From contig CACOAW010000001.1 of NCBI GenBank assembly GCA_902625325.1, positions 66,537-130,536 of the forward strand: a stretch of DNA of 64,000 nt, written 5' to 3'. The DNA is from an uncultured Candidatus Poseidoniales archaeon (GTDB lineage: Archaea > Thermoplasmatota > Poseidoniia > Poseidoniales > Thalassarchaeaceae). The first letter of the stretch is position 1; each line of letters begins with the position of its first letter. The notes beneath the pieces were generated by a model that did not search any database, was not told the DNA's origin, and saw only the letters and a program-made list of their open reading frames with translations. This document shows positions 10,171 through 20,290 of this stretch, piece by piece. A program made the position numbers and the translations under genes.

Positions 10171-11103
10171 TGATGGGGATTGGTACTTCCTTTCCTTCAT
10201 ATCATTATGGTACCTGAGTCCCAATGTGGTGCCATTTTCTTCAATCCATTCTGAGAATTTTATAACCCCTAGTGGTTTTTCATCTGATGCCATCAGTCCA
10301 TCCATAAGTCCGCGAATTTCAGCCCTAGTAATGACTCTGTCACTGACAAGAATACCTACTACCTTACCAACAACCCAAGCAACTATCGGGGGAACGGGAA
10401 TAATCGCTCTTCTGACTCCCATAGAATGAGAGATTAGTTTGACGTACTCATAGTAAGAGAATTTTTCGGGCCCTGCAACGTCCAAAACCACATTCTCAAT
10501 CAGGGCTCCTTGTTCCACTGCAACTCGAGCAACATCCGTGATGTGCACAGGCTGTATAGGGTAAGATCCTAGGCCAAAGACACCGAAAACCGGAAATCTT
10601 CGTATAAGCCATGCCATATTGTTGATCAATACATCTCTCTTACCACCGAAAAATACCGTAGGCCGCAGTATTGCATGTGATAACTTGGATTCAATTATCA
10701 TTTTTTCAACTTCCATCTTACCATTGAAATATGTCCAATCGGGGGCCTTGTCTGGATGCGCGACTGAAAAGTGCACTATTCTCCTTATTCCTGCATCCTT
10801 AGCAGCGGAGATTAGCTTCTTTGTATTTGAAACGGCTAAGTCGTGAGTATATCCGCCCTTCCTGTCTTTGTAGCGTACCCAATATGTGTTGTACAGAACA
10901 TCGGCATCAGAAAGAGATGATACCATCGAATCATGGTCTGTAAAAATAATTGGTCTTACTTCCAATTGTCCATTAAATGGATCGTCCCTTCCTATCGCGT
11001 TCGTAAGAGTTCTGACTTTGTAGCCGCAATTTAACAACTCCTTGGCTATCCAACGACCTGAGTAGCCAAATGCTCCAGTAACAACGTGAACATCTTTTGC
11101 CAC
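10138..11103 (-). CDS. NAD(P)-binding NmrA/epimerase-like SDR (NDUFA9-like)
   Basis: N-terminal Rossmann motif VTGAFGYSGRWIAKELL. Length of about 320 aa fits the extended SDR family. Confidence 0.55.
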   Translation of the reverse strand: MAKDVHVVTGAFGYSGRWIAKELLNCGYKVRTLTNAIGRDDPFNGQLEVRPIIFTDHDSMVSSLSDADVLYNTYWVRYKDRKGGYTHDLAVSNTKKLISAAKDAGIRRIVHFSVAHPDKAPDWTYFNGKMEVEKMIIESKLSHAILRPTVFFGGKRDVLINNMAWLIRRFPVFGVFGLGSYPIQPVHITDVARVAVEQGALIENVVLDVAGPEKFSYYEYVKLISHSMGVRRAIIPVPPIVAWVVGKVVGILVSDRVITRAEIRGLMDGLMASDEKPLGVIKFSEWIEENGTTLGLRYHNDMKERKYQSPSLIYNPPNSTE

Positions 11104-11164
11104 GAGGTTGGGAATACGCGAGTGGACATTATCTTAACCGCATTAATTTGAAGAGCACTGCCAT

Positions 11165-13453
11165 GTGTTTTGTTACATGAGGGTGCCACCTGAGCCTACC
11201 ACGCCGCTCGAGGATAAATCACCTAAGAGGAAACCCCCGAGTAAATCTGCCGCGGGACTTCCAGCAATTATCTCAACAACAAAGCACGGGCTAATGAAAA
11301 TGGGATTGATGGGTTCATTGACTAATTTTTACAATGTCAATAAGTTTCAGGGATTTGACTGTCCGGGATGTGCATGGCCAGATCCTGAGGGTTCGCGTAC
11401 AATTGCTGAGTTTTGTGAGAATGGTGCCAAGGCAATAGCTGATGAAGGTACAAAGAAAAGGGCCAGTCCTGAATTCTGGTCTAAATGGACTGTTAGGGAT
11501 CTATCGCTGAAATCAGATAAATGGCTAAATTCACAGGGCAGGCTGACACACCCACTTATTCTTAGGAAAGATTCAGAGTACTACGAGCCCATATCATGGG
11601 ATGATGCGTTTGAGGTAATTGCGAATGAGATGGCTCCTTTACGGCCGGACCAGGCGGTATTCTATACATCTGGTAGGACAAGTAACGAGGCTGCGTTCAT
11701 GTGGCAGTTACTCGCTAGAAGGTATGGGACTAATAACCTCCCAGATTGCTCCAATATGTGTCATGAATCTTCAGGAGTGGCTTTGAAAGAAACCATAGGA
11801 ATAGGGAAGGGGACCGTTAGACTTGACGACTTCGATAAATCAGACTTGATAATTGTTGTAGGGCAAAACCCTGGGACTAATCATCCAAGAATGTTGACGG
11901 CTCTGAGGGATGCTAAGAAAAACGGCGCATCAATTGTATCGATAAACCCTCTAATTGAGGCGGGCATGATTAGATTCAAACACCCTCAGAACCCTTTAGA
12001 GGTTCTAGGTTACGGTACTGAAATTTCTGATGAGCATGTCAGGGTACGTTTGAATGGTGATCAGGCGCTGTTCAGAGGTTTTGCTAAGGTAGTACTTGAA
12101 GCATCACTAGAGGATTCCGGATTTATCAGCGGATTCACGAAAGGTTACGAGGACTACGAAAAGCTGGCTAGAAACACATCTTGGGATCTTATCACCATGT
12201 TGTCCGGAGTCGAAAGAAATGAAATAGAGAGAATTGGGAATTTGATCGCGAAGTCGAAAGCCACAATATGCTGTTGGGCAATGGGCATTACTCAACACAA
12301 GAACTCCGTACCAACGATACAAGAAATCTCCAACCTTCTTCTGCTTGGAGGGCACATTGGTAGAGAAGGCGCTGGATTGTGCCCTGTTAGAGGACATTCT
12401 AACGTCCAAGGCGATCGAACTGTAGGGATAAACCATAATCCTTCATCGGAGTTTATGGATTCTTTGAGAAGAGAGTTCGGAATACAGAAACTCCAAACCA
12501 GAGGATTAGATTCTGTCGATGCAGTCAGAAGTATGCTACAACGAGAAGCCCGAGTCTTCCTTTCTATGGGTGGCAATTTCGTATCTGCAATGTCCGACAC
12601 AAATGCTACTTCCGAAGCGATTAGCAAATGCTCCCTTACAGTCCAGATTTCAACCAAGCCCAATCGGTCTCATCTGATAACCGGAAAGATAGGAATAATT
12701 CTACCATGCTTAGGGAGGACGGAACGCGACCAGTCTGGAGGTAGTGAACAGTTTATTACAGTAGAGAACTCGATGGGCGTGGTACACAAGTCTGTTGGAA
12801 CACGTCCGCCCGCTAGTAATAATCTGAGATCCGAGGTGAGCATTGTATCTGGAATAGCCCTGGCAATTGAGGATAAAATAGGATTTTCCGATATTAAATG
12901 GAGAGAACTTTCAGCAGATTATGATACTATAAGGGATAGTATTGAGAGGGTGGTTCCTGGATTTGATTCGTACAATGAAAGATGTAGGGAAAATGGAGGT
13001 TTCTATTTACCTAATCCTCCGAGGGACTCGAGAATATTTCCTACCAAAACTGGCCTAGCAAATTTCATTTCCAATGACTTAGTTTCAATATCCCCTAACG
13101 ATGGTGAGTTTCTCATGATGACAATTAGATCTCATGATCAATACAATACTACGGTTTACACTGATAATGACAGATACCGTGGAATCTACTCTGGAAGGAG
13201 AGTTGTTCTGATGAATAAATCGGATATGGAGGCAAATAGTTGGGAGGAGTTTGACGAGGTGTCAATCACATCTGAATTCGAACAAAAAGTGGTGACATCA
13301 GATAGATGGAGAGTAGTTGAGTATGATATTCCTAGGGGGAACGTTGCTACTTATTTCCCCGAGGCGAATGTGCTCATCCCACTAAACAGCGTAGCCGACA
13401 AGAGCAATACTCCTACTAGCAAATCAGTGATCGTTAATATCACGTCTACCTAA
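11165..13453 (+). CDS. molybdopterin oxidoreductase, FdhF/YdeP-like alpha subunit
   Basis: FQGFDCPGCAWPDP (typical of the YdeP / Fdh-alpha-like family), CSNMCHESSG and GQNPGTNHPRM blocks, with a C-terminal MopB barrel. An fdhD gene lies nearby. The exact start is uncertain (11165 to about 11300). Confidence 0.75.
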   Translation: MFCYMRVPPEPTTPLEDKSPKRKPPSKSAAGLPAIISTTKHGLMKMGLMGSLTNFYNVNKFQGFDCPGCAWPDPEGSRTIAEFCENGAKAIADEGTKKRASPEFWSKWTVRDLSLKSDKWLNSQGRLTHPLILRKDSEYYEPISWDDAFEVIANEMAPLRPDQAVFYTSGRTSNEAAFMWQLLARRYGTNNLPDCSNMCHESSGVALKETIGIGKGTVRLDDFDKSDLIIVVGQNPGTNHPRMLTALRDAKKNGASIVSINPLIEAGMIRFKHPQNPLEVLGYGTEISDEHVRVRLNGDQALFRGFAKVVLEASLEDSGFISGFTKGYEDYEKLARNTSWDLITMLSGVERNEIERIGNLIAKSKATICCWAMGITQHKNSVPTIQEISNLLLLGGHIGREGAGLCPVRGHSNVQGDRTVGINHNPSSEFMDSLRREFGIQKLQTRGLDSVDAVRSMLQREARVFLSMGGNFVSAMSDTNATSEAISKCSLTVQISTKPNRSHLITGKIGIILPCLGRTERDQSGGSEQFITVENSMGVVHKSVGTRPPASNNLRSEVSIVSGIALAIEDKIGFSDIKWRELSADYDTIRDSIERVVPGFDSYNERCRENGGFYLPNPPRDSRIFPTKTGLANFISNDLVSISPNDGEFLMMTIRSHDQYNTTVYTDNDRYRGIYSGRRVVLMNKSDMEANSWEEFDEVSITSEFEQKVVTSDRWRVVEYDIPRGNVATYFPEANVLIPLNSVADKSNTPTSKSVIVNITST

Positions 13454-14714
13454 TGCCACGAGCTTGTCTTTTTGCTTGTTCCCTAGCTAAAACCCTGCAT
13501 CTACTAATCTGCTTCTTGCAGAGTTCAGCCTCCGACTTATCGAGATCCCTTTCTAAGGATTGGTAGAAGCACTTAATTGCATCATCAAACATTTCTACTG
13601 CGGCATAAGATGAACCCATATTGAACAGAGTCCTGCCTGATACGGATTTGGGATCTAAACCTATAGCAGCATGATATGCGACAATACTCTCGGCATATCT
13701 ACCTTCATTGTACAACGCATTACCTCTTCCATTCTGAGCCTTTACCCTAAGCTCTACTTCACTTGAAGGACATCCCCCAATAGCCTTCTCGAAGCTCGAA
13801 AGCGCCTCATCGTTCTTTCCTTCATTTAGGAGGTTAATCCCCATGTTATACCAACCCAGAGAATCGTCTAGGCTTCCTCTTTCTTCGACCGCCGGTACTG
13901 ATCGAACCTCATCTGCTGCAATAAGTAAAAGCTCATCATCGTCAACAAAATCTTGAGTTTCGGTACTTATCTCTGGTTTAGATTGCACATCGGTATCTGA
14001 TTCAATTTGATCGGCCCTCTTCATACATTGAATAGAACGATCTACGTAGCCCGCTGAACTCAAAGCCTCGCCGAGTCCCCTCCAAACTTCTGGAGAATCT
14101 GGAGTCTGCTCTAGAAGATCCTTCCAAATTGAAACAGCAGTCGAATGATCGCCCGATGAAGATAGTGCACGGGCCTCTTCATGTCTGCTAGACTCATCGG
14201 AAACAGGGGAAATGCCAATATCTAGGACTTGATTAACTGGATTTTCAAGAATCGGTTGTGACTCTATGAAAACTAGGTCTTGGGTTATTTCGGGTTTGGA
14301 TATTGAGGCAATGTTACGAAGTTTCTCATCTTGTTCGAGGTGCGGAAGTGCTCTTTTAGCAAAATCACTGGCCCTCTCTGGCTCACTTTCTAGTAAAAGA
14401 TAGGCTAGATTGGCTAGAGTCGGCGGGTGATCTGGATACTCCTCGTCACATTTCTCGAAGGCCTTAACTGCATCGTTCAATGATCCAGTCTTGCAGTACA
14501 GTACTCCTAGGCAGAACCAGGCTGTAGGATTATTCTCGTCCATATTAAGAGCATCAAGATAAGTCAGAATAGCTGTTGAATAATCTCCGTTATCGGTTTG
14601 AGTGGCGCCTAATTTCAAAGACTCAATGAGTCCACTCATGACCACTGGGAAAATCACCAATGAATAAGTATTCTGAAATTTAGCAGAAAGGTACAATTGA
14701 AGACTGGGGGCCAC
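13446..14714 (-). CDS. TPR-repeat protein
   Basis: Repeated TPR-like helical pairs (AILTYLDALNMDENNPTAWFCLGVLYCKTGSLNDAVKAFEKC; NGRGNALYNEGRYAESIVAYHAAIGLDP). The start is possibly the internal MSGLIESL. Confidence 0.6.
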   Translation of the reverse strand: MAPSLQLYLSAKFQNTYSLVIFPVVMSGLIESLKLGATQTDNGDYSTAILTYLDALNMDENNPTAWFCLGVLYCKTGSLNDAVKAFEKCDEEYPDHPPTLANLAYLLLESEPERASDFAKRALPHLEQDEKLRNIASISKPEITQDLVFIESQPILENPVNQVLDIGISPVSDESSRHEEARALSSSGDHSTAVSIWKDLLEQTPDSPEVWRGLGEALSSAGYVDRSIQCMKRADQIESDTDVQSKPEISTETQDFVDDDELLLIAADEVRSVPAVEERGSLDDSLGWYNMGINLLNEGKNDEALSSFEKAIGGCPSSEVELRVKAQNGRGNALYNEGRYAESIVAYHAAIGLDPKSVSGRTLFNMGSSYAAVEMFDDAIKCFYQSLERDLDKSEAELCKKQISRCRVLAREQAKRQARGIR

Positions 14715-14716
14715 TT

Positions 14717-15274
14717 GTGTTGTTCATGGGCGAGCCAATAGTTGTGATGGGCATTTGTGGTTCTTACGACCTAAATTCAGCTAACGGCAGAATGTTAGAG
14801 CTTATTCTCAGGGAGTGTAGTAATCTCGGAGCAGAAACAATAGTCTGGGACCATGGAAAGAGGCCTTTGCCCCTTGTCGGAGCAGAAGGTTCGTGGGATG
14901 ATTCAAACGTCAAAGACTTCCAAGAAATGGCAGTTTCTGCAGATGCCTATGTCCTATCGAGTCCAGAATACCACGGAACCATGAGTGGCGTGATGAAAAA
15001 TAGCCTCGATTGGCTATATTCGAAGCATACATCAGGAAAGGTTTTCGCTTTAGTTTGTACTCTAGGGGGTCAAGCTAGCAATAACACACTGAATCATATG
15101 AGAATAGCAGCGAGATGGATACATGGCTGGGTGATTCCAGAGCAGGTTGCCGTGCCACACATCAAGAGTGCTTTCGACGAAGATGGAGAGCTTCTGAACT
15201 CAGATATCAATGATCGTGTTCTGTCGGTTTCGGCATCATTGATAGAAAATACTACCAAATTGAGGAGGCAGTAG
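14717..15274 (+). CDS. NADPH-dependent FMN reductase family flavoprotein
   Basis: FMN_red pattern: IVVMGICGS...; ADAYVLSSPEYHGTMSGVMKNSLDWL; GKVFALVCTLGG. Confidence 0.7.
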   Translation: MLFMGEPIVVMGICGSYDLNSANGRMLELILRECSNLGAETIVWDHGKRPLPLVGAEGSWDDSNVKDFQEMAVSADAYVLSSPEYHGTMSGVMKNSLDWLYSKHTSGKVFALVCTLGGQASNNTLNHMRIAARWIHGWVIPEQVAVPHIKSAFDEDGELLNSDINDRVLSVSASLIENTTKLRRQ

Positions 15275-15447
15275 TGTCTGGCGAAACCCTCACTCCCGAG
15301 TTAGTATATTCGTTACTGCTGATGTCTATGGCCGGAGTTACTGCTTGGTGGTCTAGGTACGTCATAGAGAATATCGTTGCACTAAGAATTGCAGTTTTTG
15401 TTGGCGTTTCGTCCTCTATATTCATGCTAATCAATATCCCAGGATGA
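15274..15447 (+). CDS. possible small membrane protein (57 codons, GTG start)
   Basis: Not in the ORF track (under 60 aa, non-ATG start). My translation: VSGETLTPELVYSLLLMSMAGVTAWWSRYVIENIVALRIAVFVGVSSSIFMLINIPG*. GAGGAGG lies 6-12 nt upstream. The start overlaps the preceding stop (TAGTG) and the ORF ends 7 nt before the next gene. It has two hydrophobic helices. Confidence 0.3.
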   Translation: MSGETLTPELVYSLLLMSMAGVTAWWSRYVIENIVALRIAVFVGVSSSIFMLINIPG

Positions 15448-15454
15448 AGCGGTT

Positions 15455-15814
15455 ATGGACATATTTCCAGTTAGATGCCAAGTAGAATGGACGACCCTGG
15501 AAAGCGGATGTATTGAGATCACTTTAGACAAGAAACTCACCAAGATAGAAGCAAAAGTGGCTAGGATTTTGGGTGCTCCAACGTTTGTAAGACGTCCAAT
15601 GGATAGAATGAACAGCACCCTCTGGATATTAATGGACGGATCGCGAAACGTTCGAGAAATCATAGAAGAAATGGATGCCCGATTTGATGAAGCGATTTCT
15701 CCAGTGGACGAGAGAGTGAGTAATTCTATTGCGCAGTTTGTAGAATTGGGATTGGTGTCGCTAACTAAAATGAAAGGTGACTTCGATTGGCATATCGGTC
15801 CCTCCGGGGTCTGA
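15455..15814 (+). CDS. PqqD-like (RiPP-recognition-element-like) protein
   Basis: The C-terminal 75 aa match the PqqD family pattern: MNSTLWILMDGSRNVREIIEEMDARFDEAISPVDERVSNSIAQFVELGLVSL. Confidence 0.55.
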   Translation: MDIFPVRCQVEWTTLESGCIEITLDKKLTKIEAKVARILGAPTFVRRPMDRMNSTLWILMDGSRNVREIIEEMDARFDEAISPVDERVSNSIAQFVELGLVSLTKMKGDFDWHIGPSGV

Positions 15815-15816
15815 CA

Positions 15817-16644
15817 TTAATCATCGACCGATGCTCTTTTGCCCTCGTTGCGTTTTTCCCTATACCTTGCAGAGAAGTAAATCATCAATGGTATTACCAG
15901 AACGAGGAAAAAGCATCCAACCAGCGCAGAGAAACTGTATACGGTCTCTTGGACTGGATTGATTTTGTACTTCGACAAGGAAACAAGTTCATGGGAGGAA
16001 AACTCTGATTCGACGAGCATTCCTGCACTAGGATTAGTTTCACCATCGCTAACAATCTTAATCTTCCATGTGATTGTCTTTTGCGCACTGGAAATTAGAG
16101 AGACGGCTTCTTCCTGAGCACTCGCTAAGTTCTCACTCTCCAAATACCCCTTGCCCTTGATTGGCAATTCTAAAGATACTCGACCTCTAAGAGTTCCACT
16201 GCCATTGACTAAATCCATAGTATGCGTTCTACTATACTCACAAGTATCTAGGATGTCAGAATAATCTGAGTTTGGCTCATTGCAAACATAGCTCTGATCG
16301 GTTAGACCTAAATTTGGCGAGTGGGACCAATTCGTACCCTCTGCTTCGACGATTAGGGTAGAACCTGAAGGTGCGTCATATACGGTGAAATTTACCCAAG
16401 TTATCGCATCTGTTGTGGTATAGTACCACTCGGCTAGTCCCTCCGACTCTTGAGTAAGGTCCATAGATTCATGCTCATTTGTTGTATTGTATTCGTAGTA
16501 CTCGGAATCAACAGTGTTTGAGTATACTGCATAGGATAGAAGTACGATTAACGTCATTCCCGTTCCTATCATGGTACGAAGCATGTTCGGATTCTTCGAC
16601 AGTGATTTTTTCACATTTTTTTGCAAATGGCCCCATTTATTCAA
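15817..16644 (-). CDS. hypothetical secreted protein with N-terminal signal/anchor and C-terminal TM anchor
   Basis: N-terminal MLRTMIGTGMTLIVLLSYAVYS, a Thr/Ser/Glu-rich ectodomain, and a C-terminal LVGCFFLVLVIPLMIYF followed by a basic tail. Confidence 0.45.
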   Translation of the reverse strand: MNKWGHLQKNVKKSLSKNPNMLRTMIGTGMTLIVLLSYAVYSNTVDSEYYEYNTTNEHESMDLTQESEGLAEWYYTTTDAITWVNFTVYDAPSGSTLIVEAEGTNWSHSPNLGLTDQSYVCNEPNSDYSDILDTCEYSRTHTMDLVNGSGTLRGRVSLELPIKGKGYLESENLASAQEEAVSLISSAQKTITWKIKIVSDGETNPSAGMLVESEFSSHELVSLSKYKINPVQETVYSFSALVGCFFLVLVIPLMIYFSARYREKRNEGKRASVDD

Positions 16645-16740
16645 TGCTTGTTGTGAGAAAACAACGAATGAGAATCAGCAAAACCGTGTCATCACGGTTA
16701 AATACGGTCTGTTGAACGGCCGGGACGCACGGGTGATGTT

Positions 16741-17211
16741 ATGACGACTTACTACGACGTTCCAGCAGACCTTCTAATCGCTGGTCTTTCTGTGAAGTTG
16801 AAGTCTTATGACAAGGTTTCTCCACCAGATTGGGCATCTCAGGTTAAGACTGGCACTCACAGGGAAAGGCCACCCGTTCAGGAAGATTGGTGGCACACTA
16901 GAGCGGCCTCAGTACTTAGGAAGGTGGCATTAAAGGGTCCAATAGGTACTAATAGAATTTCACAAGAGTTCGGGGGATCCAAGGATAGAGGGGTCAAGAA
17001 GAATAAGGCTGTGGCAGGTTCAAGAAACGTCGCTAGGAAGATTTTGCAGCAACTCTCTGATTCGGGTTTGTTGGTCGAATCACTGAATACAGCTGGTAAT
17101 GTTAACATGGGTAAAATCGTAAGTTCCGAGGGACAAGCTCTTCTCGACGAGGTGGCACATTCAGTAAGGTCGAAAGCAGAAGAAAGGTACCCAGGTCTGG
17201 AGAAGTATTGA
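16741..17211 (+). CDS. rps19e: 30S ribosomal protein eS19
   Basis: YYDVPADLLIAGLSVKLK..., PDWASQVKTGTHRERPP.QEDWWHTRAASVLRKV. Confidence 0.9.
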   Translation: MTTYYDVPADLLIAGLSVKLKSYDKVSPPDWASQVKTGTHRERPPVQEDWWHTRAASVLRKVALKGPIGTNRISQEFGGSKDRGVKKNKAVAGSRNVARKILQQLSDSGLLVESLNTAGNVNMGKIVSSEGQALLDEVAHSVRSKAEERYPGLEKY

Positions 17212-17220
17212 GGTGGAACC

Positions 17221-17376
17221 ATGGCAAGGAACAAACCATTTGCGAAGAAGAAGCGCTTGAATAAAGTGACCAAGCAGAATAAGCGTGTTCCGGTTTGGGT
17301 CGTGATGAGAACAAATAGGAAGACCAATTCGCATCCCAAGAGACACATGTGGAGAAGATCCAAACTACAAAGGTGA
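17221..17376 (+). CDS. rpl39e: 50S ribosomal protein eL39
   Basis: Not in the ORF track (51 aa). My translation: [51 protein letters not shown]. It sits between eS19 and eL31, as is typical in archaea. Confidence 0.85.
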   Translation: MARNKPFAKKKRLNKVTKQNKRVPVWVVMRTNRKTNSHPKRHMWRRSKLQR

Positions 17377-17380
17377 AATA

Positions 17381-17644
17381 ATGGCAGAGGTTAAGGAAAT
17401 CACAATACCACTCAGAGCTGCTTGGAAGGTTCCACGTACAAGCAGGGCAAAGAGAGCCATGGCCGAAGTGAAGATTCATGTTTCAAGACATATGAAAAGA
17501 AGTGACGACGAGGAAATCTGGATAGATGAGTCTGTTAATCATGCAATTTGGGCAAGGGGTATGCAAAATCCACCTAGAAAGATTAGAGTATTGTGTACTA
17601 GAGAAGAGGGTTTTCCGTTAGAAGTCAAATTATTGGAGGATTGA
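17381..17644 (+). CDS. rpl31e: 50S ribosomal protein eL31
   Basis: [33 protein letters not shown]...[15 protein letters not shown]. Confidence 0.85.
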   Translation: MAEVKEITIPLRAAWKVPRTSRAKRAMAEVKIHVSRHMKRSDDEEIWIDESVNHAIWARGMQNPPRKIRVLCTREEGFPLEVKLLED

Positions 17645-17645
17645 A

Positions 17646-17837
17646 ATGGGAAATATCAGGCCTTCGTTTATCAAAAGCAGAGCATTGAGACTCGTGGAGA
17701 TGTATCCCGACCAATTCACAGATGATTTCGACACTAACAAGCATCTAGTTTCTGAGTTCACTGATGTAGGAAACAAAAGGATGAGGAATTGGATTGCTGG
17801 TTACATCACCAGATATAAACAGCGCAGAGTCGATTAG
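17646..17837 (+). CDS. rps17e: 30S ribosomal protein eS17
   Basis: [35 protein letters not shown]...[13 protein letters not shown]. Confidence 0.85.
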   Translation: MGNIRPSFIKSRALRLVEMYPDQFTDDFDTNKHLVSEFTDVGNKRMRNWIAGYITRYKQRRVD

Positions 17838-17873
17838 GGCATCACTCATCACTAGTTACGCATTCGGTGTATC

Positions 17874-18632
17874 ATGGGAGATAGGAGGACTCAAAATTTA
17901 CCTACCTTTTCCCAAAACGTATGCGTTATCTTAGTAAACCCCGAACATGATGGTAACATTGGCGCAGTAGCACGTTCAATGTTAAACTTCGGAATTAACG
18001 ATCTCAGAGTTGTCGGTAGGGATGGAATTTGGTCAGAGGAAGCAAGAAGGAGAGCAAAGAATGCCCAAACAGTCCTTGATGGGGCTAAAGTCGTTAATAC
18101 CTTTGAGGAGAGCGTTGCGGACTGCTCATTAGTAGTGGGGACCTCTGGGAAGAGAGAAGAGGGCGAGAAGACAGCGAAGAGGCATTTCCTGCTTCCTAAG
18201 GAGCTCCCGAATAGGCTATCTGGGACAGAGGGTAGAGTGGCAATAGTATTCGGACCCGAAGGGAAGGGACTATTGAATGAGCAGTTGGAGATGTGTGATC
18301 TGCTCATAACTATACCCACGTGGGAGGGTTATCCCATACTCAACCTAAGCCATGCTGTGTCTATAATCTGCTATTCTTGGTACGTAAACTCTGATACAAC
18401 TAACCCACCGGGGACTGGAGGTAGGCTACTTAATTCGGAATTGAGAGCCCAACTGAGGTCTGAGACTAAGAGGCTAGTAGAATTAATGCCAACTAAGGAC
18501 CATAAGAGAAAGGGGATAGAAAGTACTCTTCTCAGAGTATTATTCAGGGGTCTCCCTAAGGATGATGAGATACACAGGATACTAGGCATCATAACACAGG
18601 CTGCCGACTCATTTGAACAATCTCGATTCTGA
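17874..18632 (+). CDS. trmJ: SPOUT (SpoU/TrmJ-type) tRNA 2'-O-methyltransferase
   Basis: ILVNPEHDGNIGAVARSMLNFGINDLRVV, IVFGPEGKGL and LNLSHAVSIICY motifs of the TrmJ/SpoU class. Confidence 0.7.
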   Translation: MGDRRTQNLPTFSQNVCVILVNPEHDGNIGAVARSMLNFGINDLRVVGRDGIWSEEARRRAKNAQTVLDGAKVVNTFEESVADCSLVVGTSGKREEGEKTAKRHFLLPKELPNRLSGTEGRVAIVFGPEGKGLLNEQLEMCDLLITIPTWEGYPILNLSHAVSIICYSWYVNSDTTNPPGTGGRLLNSELRAQLRSETKRLVELMPTKDHKRKGIESTLLRVLFRGLPKDDEIHRILGIITQAADSFEQSRF

Positions 18633-19085
18633 CTAATCGATGTACCAGCTTGCCCATGATTTAGGAGTCTCCCTGACATGAAATGCTCTCAGAATTAGAG
18701 AATTCCCGTAAGATGATGAGATATGGGGCTCTACTTGTTCAAATGCCCACTTAGCAAGGTTCTCAGCTGTAGGAATGAAATGGAGAATCACGGTTCTATG
18801 CCCAGTCTCCATCTTCCTGAGCGCATCTAGTGCTACTTCGTCATCCTCAAACACCAGGAAGGCATGATCTACCACATCGTGGATATACGTATTTAGAATC
18901 TCAGAAACCTCGGAAAAGTCGATGAGCATACCCTCTTCTGACACTCCCCTCTTTGTCACAACATCTCCCTCCAACTCTGCCTCCCACCTATATCTGTGAC
19001 CGTGCATATGCCTGCATTTGCTACTATGATTGGGCACTCTGTGGCCTGTATCTGTCTCGACCCATCTTCGTATTCTATTCGGCAT
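18633..19085 (-). CDS. queD: 6-carboxy-5,6,7,8-tetrahydropterin synthase QueD
   Basis: HRVPNHSSKCRHMHGHRYRWE (the CxxxHGH motif). 150 aa, located within the preQ0 gene cluster. Confidence 0.8.
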   Translation of the reverse strand: MPNRIRRWVETDTGHRVPNHSSKCRHMHGHRYRWEAELEGDVVTKRGVSEEGMLIDFSEVSEILNTYIHDVVDHAFLVFEDDEVALDALRKMETGHRTVILHFIPTAENLAKWAFEQVEPHISSSYGNSLILRAFHVRETPKSWASWYID

Positions 19086-19509
19086 CCTCTACCTCCATTT
19101 CGAAGTCTATACTCGCTGAGTTAATGCAGTATCTCTCGCCACCGAATTCAATAGGTCCGTCATCGAAAACATGACCCAAGTGAGCATCACATGAGCCGCA
19201 CCTTACTTCTATTCTCAACATTCCATATGAGGTGTCTCGTATCCTCTTAATTCCGGCATTTTGATCCTCTGAGTGAAATGCTGGCCAACCACATCTAGAT
19301 CTGAACTTCATCTCCGAGGTAAATAGTAAATGTCCACAGCAAATACACCGATAATCGCCCTCTCTGTCCTCCTTGTAGTGTATTCCTGAATTTGGTGGCT
19401 CAGTTCCTGCTTCCCTAGTAACGTGATATTGCAAATCTGTGAGCCTTTCTCTCCATTCCGAATCCCTTTCTGGGTCGAATCTTGGAAGATCGTCACTCAT
19501 CTTGCCCAC
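19075..19509 (-). CDS. msrB: peptide-methionine (R)-S-oxide reductase MsrB
   Basis: YRCICCGHLLF...GWPAFH...VRCGSCDAHLGHVFDDGP...RYCINS. Confidence 0.9.
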   Translation of the reverse strand: MGKMSDDLPRFDPERDSEWRERLTDLQYHVTREAGTEPPNSGIHYKEDREGDYRCICCGHLLFTSEMKFRSRCGWPAFHSEDQNAGIKRIRDTSYGMLRIEVRCGSCDAHLGHVFDDGPIEFGGERYCINSASIDFEMEVEDAE

Positions 19510-20290
19510 CCTGTCTCTCCTGGTCTAACGCATAGTTCAGAACTGAGTCCCAATCGTCCATGTATTGCAGTGGATCGACTCTTCCTATGGCGTGGAATGC
19601 TAGTATCCTCTCAACATCAGCACCGGACCTGCCAGAGCTTCGCCCAATTGTGTCTGGATTGTACGATGTATTGGTATTGGAAAATACAATATCAAAATCT
19701 AACCCAAGTGATGCACAGGATTCCAAAGCGTCCCGAAGAATACTCGTTTTGTCAAAAGAGAGGTATGGGAGATGGAAAGAAACGCGGCTGCTACCCCAGT
19801 TTCCGAGTGAGAATGCCTTCTCCAACGAATGATAGAATTCGGGTCTGCAATCGGGATATATTTCATGATCGCCACTATGCACACCTAAGGCAATCCTAAC
19901 TTGGCAATTTTTAGAGATAGCAGTACTTAGAGCCTGAGCGTATAGTATCGATGAGAAAATAGCATTCCTATTGGGGACTACCGTCTGCTTCATTTGCTCT
20001 GACTCATAATGCCCCTCTGGAACAACTATCTTTTCGCTAGTCAGTGCGGAATGTAGAGACTTCATTGCAGAGCTAAGATCTATTACAAGGTGCTCGACAT
20101 TATGACCATTCTCTCTCAGATAATCTATGTTGTCTCTAGCCCGATCTATCTCGATGAGATGCTTCTGTCCGTAGTCATAGGAAATGCAAGTGATATCATC
20201 TCCTTCTGCTATCATCCTCAATAATAGAGATGTGCTGTCCATTCCACCAGACAACGACATTACCGACTTATTCATAGTACTCCCATCCAC
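19493..20290 (-). CDS. queC: 7-cyano-7-deazaguanine (preQ0) synthase QueC
   Basis: SLSGGMDSTSLL PP-loop motif, 265 aa, in the preQ0 cluster context. Confidence 0.8.
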   Translation of the reverse strand: MDGSTMNKSVMSLSGGMDSTSLLLRMIAEGDDITCISYDYGQKHLIEIDRARDNIDYLRENGHNVEHLVIDLSSAMKSLHSALTSEKIVVPEGHYESEQMKQTVVPNRNAIFSSILYAQALSTAISKNCQVRIALGVHSGDHEIYPDCRPEFYHSLEKAFSLGNWGSSRVSFHLPYLSFDKTSILRDALESCASLGLDFDIVFSNTNTSYNPDTIGRSSGRSGADVERILAFHAIGRVDPLQYMDDWDSVLNYALDQERQGGQDE

